Assembly: GCA_964483625.1 (NCBI GenBank) | Contig: CAZABB010000005.1 | Span: forward strand, 15,571 to 79,570 | Length of the DNA stretch: 64,000 bases | Direction of reading: 5' to 3' | From: an uncultured Planctomycetia bacterium | GTDB lineage: Bacteria > Omnitrophota > Gorgyraeia > Duberdicusellales > 4484-171 | Shown: positions 19,349 through 30,084 of the stretch, in pieces | Layout: the number at the start of each line of letters is the position of its first letter | Numbering within the stretch: the first letter of the stretch is position 1 | Made by a program: the position numbers and the translations under genes | The notes under the pieces: generated by a model | Databases searched by the model: none | What the model saw: only the letters and a program-made list of their open reading frames with translations | What the model was told of the DNA's origin: nothing

Positions 19349-19954
19349 ATGGCAAAGAGAAGAAAGCAAACCGCAAAAAACGACATGAAAGCCTTGGCGC
19401 TGTTTCTGACTGAGGCGGGATTGCTCAAACGGGTGAAACGATCGGGCTGGTGGGTTGTGGGGGTTAAAGATCCTGAAAGCGTCGCTGAACACAGTTTTCG
19501 TTGTGCCGTGCTGGGTTTTATGCTTGCCTGGGAAGAGGGCGCCGATCCCTATCAGGTTATGGTTATGACGCTGTTCGGTGATATCCATGAAGCCCGCATC
19601 GGTGATTTACATAAGATGGCTCAGATGTATTTACCTATCGCAGCCGCCGAAGAAGAAGCGTTTTCCCGGCAGATAGACCGTCTTCCGCCTAAGATCAAAA
19701 AAGAACTCATCCGTCTGCGCCGGGCCTACGTGGAGCAGAAAACTCCCGAAAGTATCATTGCCCGCGACGCCGATATTCTCGAATGTCTTCTTCAGGCAAA
19801 GGAATATGATGGACAGGGTTACCTTCAGGCAAAAAAATTCATGAAAAAAGCCCCGCGTTTCTTGAGAACACCTTCAGCGAAAGCTCTCTGGAAGACAGCT
19901 TGTAAGGCCGATCTCAGCCGGTGGTGGGAGCCTCTGGCTGAGTTTAAACGTTGA
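19349..19954 (+). CDS. HD-domain phosphohydrolase (YfbR-like)
   Basis: H...HD motif (AEHSFRC..; GDIHEARIGD). Confidence 0.6.
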   Translation: MAKRRKQTAKNDMKALALFLTEAGLLKRVKRSGWWVVGVKDPESVAEHSFRCAVLGFMLAWEEGADPYQVMVMTLFGDIHEARIGDLHKMAQMYLPIAAAEEEAFSRQIDRLPPKIKKELIRLRRAYVEQKTPESIIARDADILECLLQAKEYDGQGYLQAKKFMKKAPRFLRTPSAKALWKTACKADLSRWWEPLAEFKR

Positions 19955-19957
19955 TAA

Positions 19958-19988
19958 CCCTTTGGCAACCTCGGAGGTTGCCAAAGGG
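19958..19988. repeat. 13-bp perfect stem hairpin (CCCTTTGGCAACC-TCGG-AGGTTGCCAAAGGG) after the HD gene; no U-tract
   Basis: Read directly. Confidence 0.6.
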
Positions 19989-20084
19989 TAAGAAGCCTGT
20001 TGAGAACGCCGCCGGAGCGATCATTGTAATCACATTCAAAAAATCACTGTAATCATTGGCAAAGCCAATCTCAAAAAAATCCCC

Positions 20085-20112
20085 TTGATTTATTATTGAT
20101 TTGGTCTATAAT
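20085..20112 (+). promoter_or_regulatory. promoter TTGATT, 16 nt, TATAAT, upstream of fusA
   Basis: Read directly. About 150-nt leader follows. Confidence 0.45.
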
Positions 20113-20267
20113 ACCATCTTTGCGGCTTGTGAATAACCTGTCAAATAAGACTTGCATTTTTATACACAGATGAACACCGACAGGGAGAAACAGATAATCA
20201 CAGATTAAAATGTCTGCGGTAATCTGTTGGTAATCTGTGGTCATCTGTGTAAGAAAGGTAATGAATT

Positions 20268-22370
20268 ATGGCTCGAAAAATCAGTCTCGATAAAGTAAGA
20301 AATATCGGCATTATGGCTCATATTGACGCCGGGAAGACCACCGTTACCGAGCGGATTCTGTTCTATACCGGCCGGTCGCATAAGATCGGAGAGGTTCACG
20401 AAGGGAAAGCCCAGATGGACTGGATGAAACAGGAACAGGAACGCGGTATTACGATTACCTCGGCGGCAACGACCTGCTACTGGGATACCCATCGGATCAA
20501 TATTATCGATACTCCCGGGCACGTCGATTTTACCGTTGAAGTGGAACGGAGCCTGAGGGTCCTTGACGGGGCGGTGGCGATTTTCTGCGCCGTGGGCGGG
20601 GTTGAGCCTCAATCGGAAAAGGTCTGGCACCAGTCCAATAAATACGAAGTGCCCAAGCTTGCGTTTGTCAATAAAATGGACCGGGTCGGGGCCGACTTCT
20701 TCGGAGTTGTGAAAAACATCGAACAAGATCTCGGCGCGAACGTTATCCCTTTGCAGATCCCTATCGGGGCCGAGGAGAATTTCCGCGGGATTATCGATCT
20801 TATGGAGATGAAAGCGTATATTTATGACGACGAGTCGCTGGGAAAAAACTATCATACCGAAGATATCCCCGCCGATTATATGGATATTGCCAAGAAGTAC
20901 CATCACGTGATGGTGGAGAAAGCCGTTGAGCTCGACGACAGCCTTATGGAAAAATACCTGGAATCGGAAGAAAACATTTCCAGGGAGGAGTTGATTAAGG
21001 CTATCCGCCAGGGAACGATTCGGAATAAAGTTGTTCCCGCCCTGTGCGGTTCGGCGTTTAAAAATAAAGGTGTCCAAAGGCTTCTGGATGCGATTAATTT
21101 CTATCTTCCTTCTCCGGTGGATCAGCCGGCAATTGAAGGGTATGACCCCGATGATCTTGAGAAAAAGATGGTAAGAAAGGCTGATGATAACGAGCCCTTT
21201 ACCGCCCTGGCGTTTAAGGTCCAGTCGGATCCGCATATGGGGAAGCTGGTGTATTTCCGGGTCTATTCCGGGTCGGTCAAAGCCGGCGAATTCATTTATA
21301 ACGCTACCAAAGGACGCAAGGAACGTATCGGGCGGATACTTCAGATGCACGCCAATGAACGGGAAAGCCGGGAAGATATTTTCGCCGGTGACATCGCCGC
21401 GGCTATCGGTCTGGAACAGACCGTAACCGGAGATACCCTTTGTCGGGAAGAATCTCCGGTGCTCCTGGAGGCGATTGAATTTCCCGCGCCGGTTATTGCC
21501 GTGAGCGTTACTCCTTCTTCACGGGCCGAACAGGAAAAACTTGCCAAAGGCCTGCACCGGCTGGCGGAGGAAGACCCTACCTTTACCGTTCATACCGATG
21601 AAGAAACAGAGGAGACCATTATTTCCGGCATGGGCGAATTGCATCTGGAGGTTATCGTCGATCGGTTAAAACATGAATTTAAGGTTGATGCCCAGGTGGG
21701 GCAGCCGCGCGTCGCGTATCGGGAGACGATTACGGCCTCGCGTGTTGAGGATTATAAATACGCCAAACAGACCGGGGGAAGAGGGCAATACGGGCACGTG
21801 GTTATCGAGATTATCCCGCAGGCTCCCGGCGAAGGATTTGAGTTTGCCAACGATATCAAAGGCGGAGCCGTTCCCCGGGAGTATATCCCGGCGATCGAAA
21901 AGGGTATCATCGGCGCGATGCGTAAGGGTATTTACGCCGGCTATCCGGTCGTCGACGTAAAGGTGAGGCTTATTGACGGGTCTTACCATGATGTTGATTC
22001 TTCCGAGATGGCGTTTAAAATTACCGCTTCCAGCGCTTTTAAGAAGGCATTTATAAAATCGATGCCGGTATTACTTGAGCCGTCGATGTCGGTTGAGGTT
22101 ACGACGCCCAAGCAGTACGTCGGGGATGTGGTCGGGCATATCTGTTCCCGCCGCGGAAAAATCTTAGGGATGGAAGTAAAAGGCATCCAGCAGGTAGTCT
22201 CGGCCCAAGTGCCGCTGTCTGAGATGTTCGGGTACGCGACGACGTTGCGTTCGTTGACCTCCGGCCGGGCAAACTATTCGATGCATTTTGAGAAATACGT
22301 CGAGGTTCCTTATGATGTCAGTGAAAAGATCTTAGAGGAACGCAAAGAATATCGCGCCAAGGTAGATTAG
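20268..22370 (+). CDS. fusA: elongation factor G (stand-alone copy outside a str operon)
   Basis: GTPase G1-G4 motifs ([18 protein letters not shown]). 700 aa. Full EF-G domain set. Confidence 0.9.
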   Translation: MARKISLDKVRNIGIMAHIDAGKTTVTERILFYTGRSHKIGEVHEGKAQMDWMKQEQERGITITSAATTCYWDTHRINIIDTPGHVDFTVEVERSLRVLDGAVAIFCAVGGVEPQSEKVWHQSNKYEVPKLAFVNKMDRVGADFFGVVKNIEQDLGANVIPLQIPIGAEENFRGIIDLMEMKAYIYDDESLGKNYHTEDIPADYMDIAKKYHHVMVEKAVELDDSLMEKYLESEENISREELIKAIRQGTIRNKVVPALCGSAFKNKGVQRLLDAINFYLPSPVDQPAIEGYDPDDLEKKMVRKADDNEPFTALAFKVQSDPHMGKLVYFRVYSGSVKAGEFIYNATKGRKERIGRILQMHANERESREDIFAGDIAAAIGLEQTVTGDTLCREESPVLLEAIEFPAPVIAVSVTPSSRAEQEKLAKGLHRLAEEDPTFTVHTDEETEETIISGMGELHLEVIVDRLKHEFKVDAQVGQPRVAYRETITASRVEDYKYAKQTGGRGQYGHVVIEIIPQAPGEGFEFANDIKGGAVPREYIPAIEKGIIGAMRKGIYAGYPVVDVKVRLIDGSYHDVDSSEMAFKITASSAFKKAFIKSMPVLLEPSMSVEVTTPKQYVGDVVGHICSRRGKILGMEVKGIQQVVSAQVPLSEMFGYATTLRSLTSGRANYSMHFEKYVEVPYDVSEKILEERKEYRAKVD

Positions 22371-22434
22371 TTTTCCCGCACAGAAAGCCATAGATTCTTT
22401 TCATTAAATCTGCATTTCTGCTATAATCAAACCG

Positions 22435-22635
22435 ATGAAGATTATCAGCTTCATTCTTTATATCTGGCTTTTCTTTTTGATCGTCAATCTTCTCACCCGG
22501 GCGTTTCTGTGGCTGGTACAGTGGAATCTGCGCCGGCGCATGTCTTCTTCGCGAGGTTCCCGATCACGGTCTTCCCGCCGGGGGGCCGAACCTTCCGATA
22601 CGATTATTGACGCCGAATTCAAAGAAATCGAGTGA
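22435..22635 (+). CDS. small membrane protein, hypothetical (66 aa)
   Basis: TATAAT upstream. N-terminal TM helix followed by Arg/Ser-rich tail. Weak coding evidence. Confidence 0.3.
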   Translation: MKIISFILYIWLFFLIVNLLTRAFLWLVQWNLRRRMSSSRGSRSRSSRRGAEPSDTIIDAEFKEIE

Positions 22636-22772
22636 TCCCTCGAAATGTTTTTAGCCTATAATTCGGTTTGCCCGTTAGGCCCGTTCGTTCGTTTGCCCGT
22701 TCAAGGAAGGGGAAGATACTGCATTTATCATCTTTCCGCTAACCGCTCCTCGCTATACGCTCACCGCTATTT

Positions 22773-24467
22773 TTAGGAAGAGCTCAACAGGACATCGGAT
22801 TTAGGTTTATCGATGTCATTCTGGAACAGAAAGTCTCCCCGCGCGGCCTGAGCGATATTCGTCAGATGGTCGGCCATCTTCTCCAGGTTGTTGACGAAGT
22901 CGACGTAGATCAGCGCGCATAACGGGTTGCATTTGCGTTCACACAGTCTCTGCGAATGACGGGAAAGATATTCGACCTGCAGCATATTCACTTCACCTTC
23001 CTGCTGGAGTACCCGGTCGGTGGCGTGCGTGGTATCGCCTTGCTTTACAGCTTCGATCGTGTCATTGAACATATCTTCCACTTTCGCATACAGGGTGCGC
23101 ATCTCCGCCAGCGCTTTATTGGAGAAATTGAGGTTATCGGCGTATGCTTTTTCGGTTAATTCGGCGATATTGACGGCATGGTCGGATATCCGTTCAAAAT
23201 CGTTGATCGAATGTAGAAGCGGCGGTAGCTGCGATCCCAGATTAGGCGTCAGCTGCTGGGTCGCCAACTTTGCCAGGTAGAAGGTGATGTCATGCTGGAG
23301 ATGGTCGATGGCGTTTTCCTGTGTTTGCACGTGCGGAATGGATTTTTTGTCCCGGGCAAAAAATCCGTCGACGGCGGTTTTCAGCGTCTGTTTTACCATT
23401 GCGGCCATTGCCAGAAGTTCCTTCTTGGCGCTTTCGATGGCGATTTCCGGGGTGGAGAGCAGTTTATCCTGCAGGTACTTGAATTCGGTGGATATATACA
23501 TGTCTTTACCGGGGATAATCCTTTGTATAAGACGTACGACCGGCCCCATGATTCCTAAAAATACAAAAGCGTTAAAGAGATTGAAAAACGTATGGCCGTT
23601 GGCGATGTGACGGGCAATGGTCTCTGTGGTCACCGCGCCGGGAGTGATAATATCGATGAGATGGGTAAAGGTCCCTGAATGAATCAGAATCGCGAAGTAG
23701 GTAACCCCGATGATATTGAACATACTGTGAAAGCAGGCCATACGGCGGGCTGAAATACTTCCCCCGATCGCCGCAAGCCACGCAGTGATGGTCGTCCCGA
23801 TATTATCGCCCAGAATCAGATAGAGCGCGGCGGTAAAGTCGATTAGACCGACCGAAGCCAGAGCAATGACCATTCCGATCGAGGCACTGCTTGATTGGAC
23901 GGCGACGGTGAAAAAGGTCGCCAGAAGGATACTTAAGACGGGATTGGTGCTCAGACTGACGAAAAAGTCGGTGACTGCCGGTACGTCTTTGAGCGGTTTC
24001 ATCACCCCGGACATCGTCGCCAGTCCCAGAAAGATCATACCGAAGGCGAAAATTACCTGTCCCCAGAACTGCATTTTCTTCTTGCGGGCCAGAAGCATCA
24101 TCGCTACTCCGATCCCTAAAGCGGGCAGAGCATATTTGGATATTTTAAAAGCGATAATTTGAGCGGTGATCGTGGTGCCGATGTTGGCGCCGATAACGAC
24201 ACTGGCTCCCTGCATCAGGCTGACGATGCCGGCGTTGATCAGGCCGACCAGCATAACGGTGGTGACACTGCTGGATTGAATAATACTGGTGACGATTGTA
24301 CCGAGAGCAACGCCGCGGAATCTATTCTGGGTGAGAGAACGTAAGATGCGGCGCAGTTTGGTTCCGGCCACTTTCTGCAGTCCGTCGGAGAGATATTTCA
24401 TGCCGAAGAGAAACAAACCTAATCCGCCGGCCAGCCCGAAGATGACTTCTTTTACCATCCTGCGCAC
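22773..24467 (-). CDS. Na+/phosphate cotransporter family protein with C-terminal PhoU-like domains
   Basis: NptA-type membrane repeats and a soluble PhoU-like C-terminal region. Sits next to phoBR. Confidence 0.7.
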   Translation of the reverse strand: MRRMVKEVIFGLAGGLGLFLFGMKYLSDGLQKVAGTKLRRILRSLTQNRFRGVALGTIVTSIIQSSSVTTVMLVGLINAGIVSLMQGASVVIGANIGTTITAQIIAFKISKYALPALGIGVAMMLLARKKKMQFWGQVIFAFGMIFLGLATMSGVMKPLKDVPAVTDFFVSLSTNPVLSILLATFFTVAVQSSSASIGMVIALASVGLIDFTAALYLILGDNIGTTITAWLAAIGGSISARRMACFHSMFNIIGVTYFAILIHSGTFTHLIDIITPGAVTTETIARHIANGHTFFNLFNAFVFLGIMGPVVRLIQRIIPGKDMYISTEFKYLQDKLLSTPEIAIESAKKELLAMAAMVKQTLKTAVDGFFARDKKSIPHVQTQENAIDHLQHDITFYLAKLATQQLTPNLGSQLPPLLHSINDFERISDHAVNIAELTEKAYADNLNFSNKALAEMRTLYAKVEDMFNDTIEAVKQGDTTHATDRVLQQEGEVNMLQVEYLSRHSQRLCERKCNPLCALIYVDFVNNLEKMADHLTNIAQAARGDFLFQNDIDKPKSDVLLSSS

Positions 24468-24645
24468 TCCTTTTTTTAAAGGTTTTTCCTATAGAGGTAT
24501 TATATATAAGGAACATTATCGTATCATATCTTATCCGGTTTGTCTAAGGACTTTTGCCGGGGTTTATTTTAAACCTTTGATTTGTCAGACGGGCGCTTTT
24601 TGTTATAATGAGCGAAACACCGAAAAAAGAAAGGATGGGCTATCA

Positions 24646-25341
24646 ATGGCACGGGCTAAAATCCTTATCGTCGAAGACGATAAGCATATCGCGAAGCTGG
24701 TAACATACAACCTGGAAAAGGCGGGGTTTGAATGCACCGTCGCGGTAAGCGGCGAAGAGGCCTTGGAATATCTCGGCAATCGGGGAGCCGATCTGGTGAT
24801 TCTGGATATCATGCTGCCGGAGATGGACGGGTTTGAAGTATGTAAAGAGATCAAACAGGATGCCGCGTTCTCCCATATCCCGATTCTGATGCTGACGGCG
24901 CGGGCGGAGGAGATCGACCGGATTATCGGTCTGGAACTTGGCGCCGATGATTATGTGGTCAAGCCGTTCAGCATGCGGGAACTTATCCTGCGGGTGAAAG
25001 CTATCTTACGGCGGGGTGTCCCCGCGTCACCTGAAGCCGAGGGGAAGGAGATATTGAAGGCGGGCAAGCTGACCGTCGATATCCCCCGGCATAAGATTCT
25101 GGTCAACCAGAAAGAGATCGTGCTGACCTCGATGGAATTCAAGCTTCTTACGACACTGCTTTCCCGCCGGGGCCGGGTGCAGTCACGCGATCAACTGCTG
25201 GAAGATGTCTGGGATATTGCGTCGGATATCACCACGCGTACGGTCGATACCCATATAAAACGATTACGGCAGAAGCTGGGAAAAACGGGGAAGATGATCG
25301 AAACGGTACGCGGTATCGGCTATCGGTTTTCTGAAGGATAA
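24646..25341 (+). CDS. phoB: OmpR/PhoB-family response regulator
   Basis: Receiver domain (ILIVEDD, D in LDIMLPEMDG) plus winged-helix DNA-binding domain. The ORF's upstream extension is rejected. TTGTCA, 17 nt, TATAAT promoter at 24578-24606. Confidence 0.8.
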   Translation: MARAKILIVEDDKHIAKLVTYNLEKAGFECTVAVSGEEALEYLGNRGADLVILDIMLPEMDGFEVCKEIKQDAAFSHIPILMLTARAEEIDRIIGLELGADDYVVKPFSMRELILRVKAILRRGVPASPEAEGKEILKAGKLTVDIPRHKILVNQKEIVLTSMEFKLLTTLLSRRGRVQSRDQLLEDVWDIASDITTRTVDTHIKRLRQKLGKTGKMIETVRGIGYRFSEG

Positions 25342-25357
25342 CAAAGAAAGAAGCTGA

Positions 25358-27130
25358 ATGCGACTTAATCTCCATGTAAAGATAACCCTTGTGTTTGGGG
25401 TTATCCTCGCGGTCATTCTTCTGGGGATATTTTTATACCTTGACCACAGTTTGCGTCAGAATACTTATTCCCGTATTGAGGAAAATCTTCGCAAACAAAC
25501 CTTACTGGCTCAGTCATTTCTTGAGGAATATTTTTCCAAAGACTTCGGATATGACGAACTTGACGCGATTGCCGATCAGATCGGAGAAGATCTCAAACTC
25601 CGGGCGACGATTATCGGTCTCGACGGTACGGTGCTGGGTGACTCTCAGCTGGATGGTAAGGCTCTCTATGAGGTAGAGAATCATTTATACCGGCCGGAGG
25701 TGCAGGAGGCGTTATATTCCGGTATTGGCCAGAGCCGCCGGTTCAGCACAACCGTAACCGAGGAACTGCTCTATATCGCAACCGTGTTCGGTGAACCGAA
25801 ATCGGAGGGAGTGGTGCGTCTTTCCCTGCCTCTTTCGGACATTCAATTGATTTCACTGCATCTAAAAAAAATACTTTTTGTGGCATTTATCTGTGCGTTT
25901 GTCATGGCAATTGTGATCAGTTTTATCGCCCTGGTATTTGTATCGAAGCCGATTAAACAGGCGGCTGAAGCCGCCAAAAGCATCGCCGCCGGTGATTTTT
26001 CCCACCGCATCTGGGTAGCGACCAACGATGAGATCGGCGATCTGGCAAAAACGATCAACTCTATGTCCGAACAGATCCGTCTCAGGATGGAGGAGGTTAT
26101 GACCAGCACGGCGCGGCTTAAGGCGGTATTATTGAGTATGTTTGAGGGGGTGATGGTCGTCGATTCCGCCGGTACGATTCTTTTGATGAACCGTACGCTC
26201 CGGAAATTCTGGTCGCTTGAGGCTGAACCGGTGGGGAAGAAACCGCTGGAGGTAGTCCGCAATATTGAGATCCAGGAGATCACGGATGAAGTATTGCGTA
26301 ATCCCTACGGTCTGACCCGGAGAGAGATTTCGGTGATAGTAGAGGAGGAGAGGACCCTTCTGGTGTATGCGACCGGAGTCATCCGGGAAGAACGCATCGA
26401 CGGGGCGGTTCTGGTCTTCCACGATATTACCGAACTCAAGAAACTGGAACGTATCCGGCAGGACTTCGTCGCCAATGTTTCACACGAATTGCGTACCCCT
26501 ATCGCCAGTATCAAGGGCTATGCCGAGACATTGCTTGAGGGGGCATTAGAGGATACAGAGAACGCCGAAGATTTCGTAAAGATCATCTATGCCGATGCCG
26601 ACCGGCTGGCCCGGTTGATCGACGATACGCTGGATCTTTCCAAAATCGAATCAGGTAAGCTGTCCCTCGCCATACAGCCTCATAACCTCAAACTGCTCAT
26701 CCAGCGCCTTCTCGGCGGCCTCCGCCGGGAAGCCGGGAAACATTCTATTCGTATAGAAGAAAGTATACCCGATACTCTGCCGGCAGTCCTGGCTGATGCA
26801 AATCGGCTGGCGCAGGTACTTTTGAATCTGCTCGATAACGCGGTCAAATACAACCGTCCCGGCGGTACCATAACGGTTACCGCGATCAAGGAAGATGATT
26901 TCGTGCGTATCAGCGTCTCCGATACCGGTATCGGTATTCCGCCGAAAGACCTGCCGCGGCTTTTTGAACGGTTCTATCGGGTCGATAAAGCCCGTTCGCG
27001 GGAGCTGGGCGGTACCGGGCTCGGCCTCTCGATCGTCAAACATATCGTCTCGACTCACCGGGGAGAAGTTTTTGTCGAAAGCACCCCCGGTGAGGGCTCT
27101 ACCTTCTCTTTTACCATCCCCTGCGCCTGA
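25358..27130 (+). CDS. phoR: phosphate-regulon sensor histidine kinase, PhoR-like
   Basis: TM, HAMP, PAS, HisKA (SHELRTP) and HATPase (N, G1, G2 boxes). Confidence 0.8.
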   Translation: MRLNLHVKITLVFGVILAVILLGIFLYLDHSLRQNTYSRIEENLRKQTLLAQSFLEEYFSKDFGYDELDAIADQIGEDLKLRATIIGLDGTVLGDSQLDGKALYEVENHLYRPEVQEALYSGIGQSRRFSTTVTEELLYIATVFGEPKSEGVVRLSLPLSDIQLISLHLKKILFVAFICAFVMAIVISFIALVFVSKPIKQAAEAAKSIAAGDFSHRIWVATNDEIGDLAKTINSMSEQIRLRMEEVMTSTARLKAVLLSMFEGVMVVDSAGTILLMNRTLRKFWSLEAEPVGKKPLEVVRNIEIQEITDEVLRNPYGLTRREISVIVEEERTLLVYATGVIREERIDGAVLVFHDITELKKLERIRQDFVANVSHELRTPIASIKGYAETLLEGALEDTENAEDFVKIIYADADRLARLIDDTLDLSKIESGKLSLAIQPHNLKLLIQRLLGGLRREAGKHSIRIEESIPDTLPAVLADANRLAQVLLNLLDNAVKYNRPGGTITVTAIKEDDFVRISVSDTGIGIPPKDLPRLFERFYRVDKARSRELGGTGLGLSIVKHIVSTHRGEVFVESTPGEGSTFSFTIPCA

Positions 27131-27164
27131 TCTGGCGCCCTGTTTACCCTGATTTTAGCCAGAG

Positions 27165-27217
27165 TTCACACAGAGTTCACATTGTTGTAAATTCGCTTTC
27201 ACATGGATTTCTATAAT
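27165..27217 (+). promoter_or_regulatory. Pho box: three TTCACA hexamers phased at 11 bp (27165, 27176, 27198) followed by -10 TATAAT (27212-27217)
   Basis: Read directly. 11-bp periodicity of TT(A/C)ACA repeats replacing the -35 is the classical PhoB/PhoP promoter layout. Confidence 0.55.
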
Positions 27218-27813
27218 GATATTGACATGCAAAGAAGGTATATCGCCAAGAAAAGATCAACCGCTTCACAGAGAAGATAATGATGCAGGGAGTTTCCAGT
27301 TTAAATCAAGATTACGTCGCAAGTTACCTGCGGTGTCAAATCGCAACATTGACAAATCTTCTGGAGAATATCGAATTTGATCGCTATCAGGATATCGGAT
27401 ATTTCGTCGAATCGATCCGTCGGGTTGAAATCGATCTGAAACGTGTGCGATCGTTTCTTGAAAATTAGGTGATACGTTCTTGCCGAAAGGAAATATGAAA
27501 CCAAGCGCTATTCTGGAAAAACCGAAAACACAGATATGCCGGTACTTTCAAAAAGGAGTACGGAAACGGTTTTGTACGGCACAGGTCGTCCGTCTGAGAA
27601 CAATCTCGGATTCCCAGGTACACGAGTTCTGTGAACATAAACGACATCGTCAATGCCATATATTTGTGGAAATAACGAGCCGGAAGGAGGTGAGCAAGAA
27701 AGAGCAGGCGCTCGGCCAGTTATTTTGTCAAATTGCCAATACCCGATCAGTATGGAGTGATGAGGGATATGAATACGCGGAAGAATAACAATAAGGAAGG
27801 AGGCTTAGAAACG

Positions 27814-29055
27814 ATGGGAAACAGTACCAGATTATTTCTGATCACGGCACTCTTTTTAGGAGCGCTTAGCTTTGCCGGCTTAGTCCAGGCAGGTGAAATC
27901 GACATCCTGGTAGAGAAGCTGGTGGAGAAGGGTGTGTTGAGTTACGGTGAAGCGCAGACAATCCTTACCGAAACCCAAGAAGAAGTGAGAAAAGACATGA
28001 TTCGCGGCACGTCACCGATAGCAAAATCACTGCCGTCATGGATCAGGACGATGAAACTCAAAGGTGACCTGCGTCTCAGGTATCAGTATGAGGACAAATC
28101 ATCGGGAGAGGACCGCCACCGTACAAGAATGCGGTTCCGGCTGGGAATGGAATCGAAGGTGAACGATAAGGTGAAGGTCGCCGCGGGTCTTGCTACCGGC
28201 GGAAGCGATCCCCGTTCGACCAACGAAACGCTGGATAATACGTTTGATACCCCCGATATCCGTCTGGATTACGCTTATGCGACGTATACTCCCAACGATT
28301 GGGCGACCATACGCGCCGGTAAGATCAAGGGGATGAAAAGCGTGATTATGCGTCAGTCCGATCTTCTCTGGGACGGCGATATTAATCCCGAAGGTGCGGC
28401 ATTGGCTCTGGCGAAAAAGGCGGGCGACGTAACCTGGATGCTCAACACCGGCCTGTTTGTTCTTGATGAATCTTCATCGGACACATCGGATCCCTACATG
28501 TTCGTCATCCAGCCGGCAGTCAAGGCAAAATTGGGCGGCGGGGTCAGCGTAGAAGCGGCACTTGCCTACTATGGATTCGAGAACGTACAGGATGCTATGC
28601 TGGATAACGCCGAAGGTGGCCCGACGATGACAGCCGCGGGATATAAATACGATTTCGATTCGATTTCTCCCGGATTCGAAATCGGGTTTAAAAAACCGTT
28701 GGGCGGCATCGTGCCGTTTGCGTCGATTTTCGGTGAATACATTCACAACACCGATCCCAGTGAAAACGAGAACGGCTATCTGGCCGGGTTGAAGTTCGGG
28801 GCCAAGAAGATCAAAGACCAGGGTGACTGGCAGCTCAAGTATATGTACCGCAGACTGGAACAAGACGCCTGGCTCGATACCTTCCCCGATTCCGATGCCT
28901 ACAGCGGCGAAACTGACGTAAAAGGACATGAAGTCGCTCTTGCCTACGGGTTAGGGCCGAATACCGAACTCGGGTTCGATTATTATTATATGGAACAGAT
29001 CAAAGGAACCGGCCGTAAGACGATCTTTCAGGCTGACTGGAAAATGAAGTTCTAA
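27814..29055 (+). CDS. outer-membrane beta-barrel porin, probably phosphate-selective (OprO/P-like context)
   Basis: AAGGAAGGAGG RBS. Signal peptide. Alternating amphipathic strands. C-terminal Phe. Sits between phoR and pstS. Confidence 0.55.
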   Translation: MGNSTRLFLITALFLGALSFAGLVQAGEIDILVEKLVEKGVLSYGEAQTILTETQEEVRKDMIRGTSPIAKSLPSWIRTMKLKGDLRLRYQYEDKSSGEDRHRTRMRFRLGMESKVNDKVKVAAGLATGGSDPRSTNETLDNTFDTPDIRLDYAYATYTPNDWATIRAGKIKGMKSVIMRQSDLLWDGDINPEGAALALAKKAGDVTWMLNTGLFVLDESSSDTSDPYMFVIQPAVKAKLGGGVSVEAALAYYGFENVQDAMLDNAEGGPTMTAAGYKYDFDSISPGFEIGFKKPLGGIVPFASIFGEYIHNTDPSENENGYLAGLKFGAKKIKDQGDWQLKYMYRRLEQDAWLDTFPDSDAYSGETDVKGHEVALAYGLGPNTELGFDYYYMEQIKGTGRKTIFQADWKMKF

Positions 29056-29123
29056 CTCAGATTGGTTATTGATTTTTGACATTACGATGTAAAAAGATAT
29101 GTTAGTTTAAAGGAGGCAGAACA

Positions 29124-29951
29124 ATGAAACGAGTAAAAGCCCATTTCGGGCGTATCATTCTGGCGCTCATTGCTTTTTCTTTCCTGGCATATGCCCATGC
29201 CGGGGCGGAATCCATTACCATTAAAGGATCGACGACGGTATTGCCGATCGCGCAGGCCTGCGCTGAGGAATATATGAACCAGAATCCCTATATCAATATT
29301 TCCGTACAGGGCGGCGGTTCCGGTGTCGGTATCGCGTCGATTATCGACGGTACCGCCGATATCGGTGACGCGTCCCGGCCCATCAAGGATAAAGAGATAT
29401 CCAAAGCAGTCAGCCGCGGCATCGATCCCAAAGCCCACGTGGTGGCGATGGACGGAATCGCGGTGATCGTCAATTCGTCGAACAGCATGAACGCCATCTC
29501 CAAGAAAGATTTAAAAGCCATCTATACCGGCGGAATCTCCAGCTGGTCGCAGGTCGGTGGCTCCGGCGGTCAGATCGTGGTGATTTCCCGTGATTCGGCC
29601 TCGGGAACGTTTGAAGCGTTTAACAAATTGGCTTTAAACAAAGCCAAAGTCCGGCCTGATGCGTTATTAGAAGCATCCAACGCCGCGGTGAAAAAAGCGG
29701 TGCAGATTACACCCGGCGCGATCGGGTATGTCGGATTAGGGTATGTTGATTCGACCGTAAAGGCGATTCCCGTCGACGGCATACTTCCGACGGAAGAAAC
29801 CGTTCTTTCGGGGAAATATCCGCTGGCTCGTCCGTTGTTTATGTACACCAACGGCCGGCCTTCGGGCGCGGTAAAGGAATTTATGGATTTCGTTTTAAGC
29901 TGGGAAGGGCAGAGCCTGGCTAAAGAGAACGGTTTTGTGCCGTTAAAGTAA
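29124..29951 (+). CDS. pstS: phosphate ABC transporter substrate-binding protein
   Basis: AAAGGAGG RBS and signal peptide. PstS fold motifs (GSTTV, SRDSASGT). Confidence 0.85.
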   Translation: MKRVKAHFGRIILALIAFSFLAYAHAGAESITIKGSTTVLPIAQACAEEYMNQNPYINISVQGGGSGVGIASIIDGTADIGDASRPIKDKEISKAVSRGIDPKAHVVAMDGIAVIVNSSNSMNAISKKDLKAIYTGGISSWSQVGGSGGQIVVISRDSASGTFEAFNKLALNKAKVRPDALLEASNAAVKKAVQITPGAIGYVGLGYVDSTVKAIPVDGILPTEETVLSGKYPLARPLFMYTNGRPSGAVKEFMDFVLSWEGQSLAKENGFVPLK

Positions 29952-30001
29952 AGTAGCACATAAAATCCTTAACAGGATAAACAATAAATCTCCTTTCTCA
30001 A

Positions 30002-30050
30002 GGTACACGGCAGGGCGGGGCACCGTCCTGCCGTGGGGTACCTTTTTTCT
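30002..30050 (+). terminator. intrinsic terminator / attenuator between pstS and pstC
   Basis: GGTACACGGCAGG...CCTGCCGTGGGGTACC stem followed by TTTTTT. Confidence 0.6.
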
Positions 30051-30084
30051 TTCTTCGCCGGATATAGTAGATATAATAATAAGA

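Noticed and set aside
19958-20065. sigma54 promoter (TGGCA...TTGC) within the TTGGCAA-containing hairpins
   Set aside because: Spacing between the GG and GC elements is 10 nt rather than the 5 nt required.
20241-21350. 369-aa minus-strand ORF overlapping fusA
   Set aside because: Antisense to EF-G, whose GTPase motifs are unambiguous.
22636-22772. CRISPR-like array from the short direct repeats
   Set aside because: Units are 7-10 nt with no spacers of CRISPR size and no cas genes. These are simple tandem repeats.
24289-24645. 119-aa N-terminal extension of the phoB ORF
   Set aside because: The extension overlaps the divergent transporter gene's 5' end and the TTGTCA/TATAAT promoter. The receiver domain begins at the ATG at 24646, which has an RBS.
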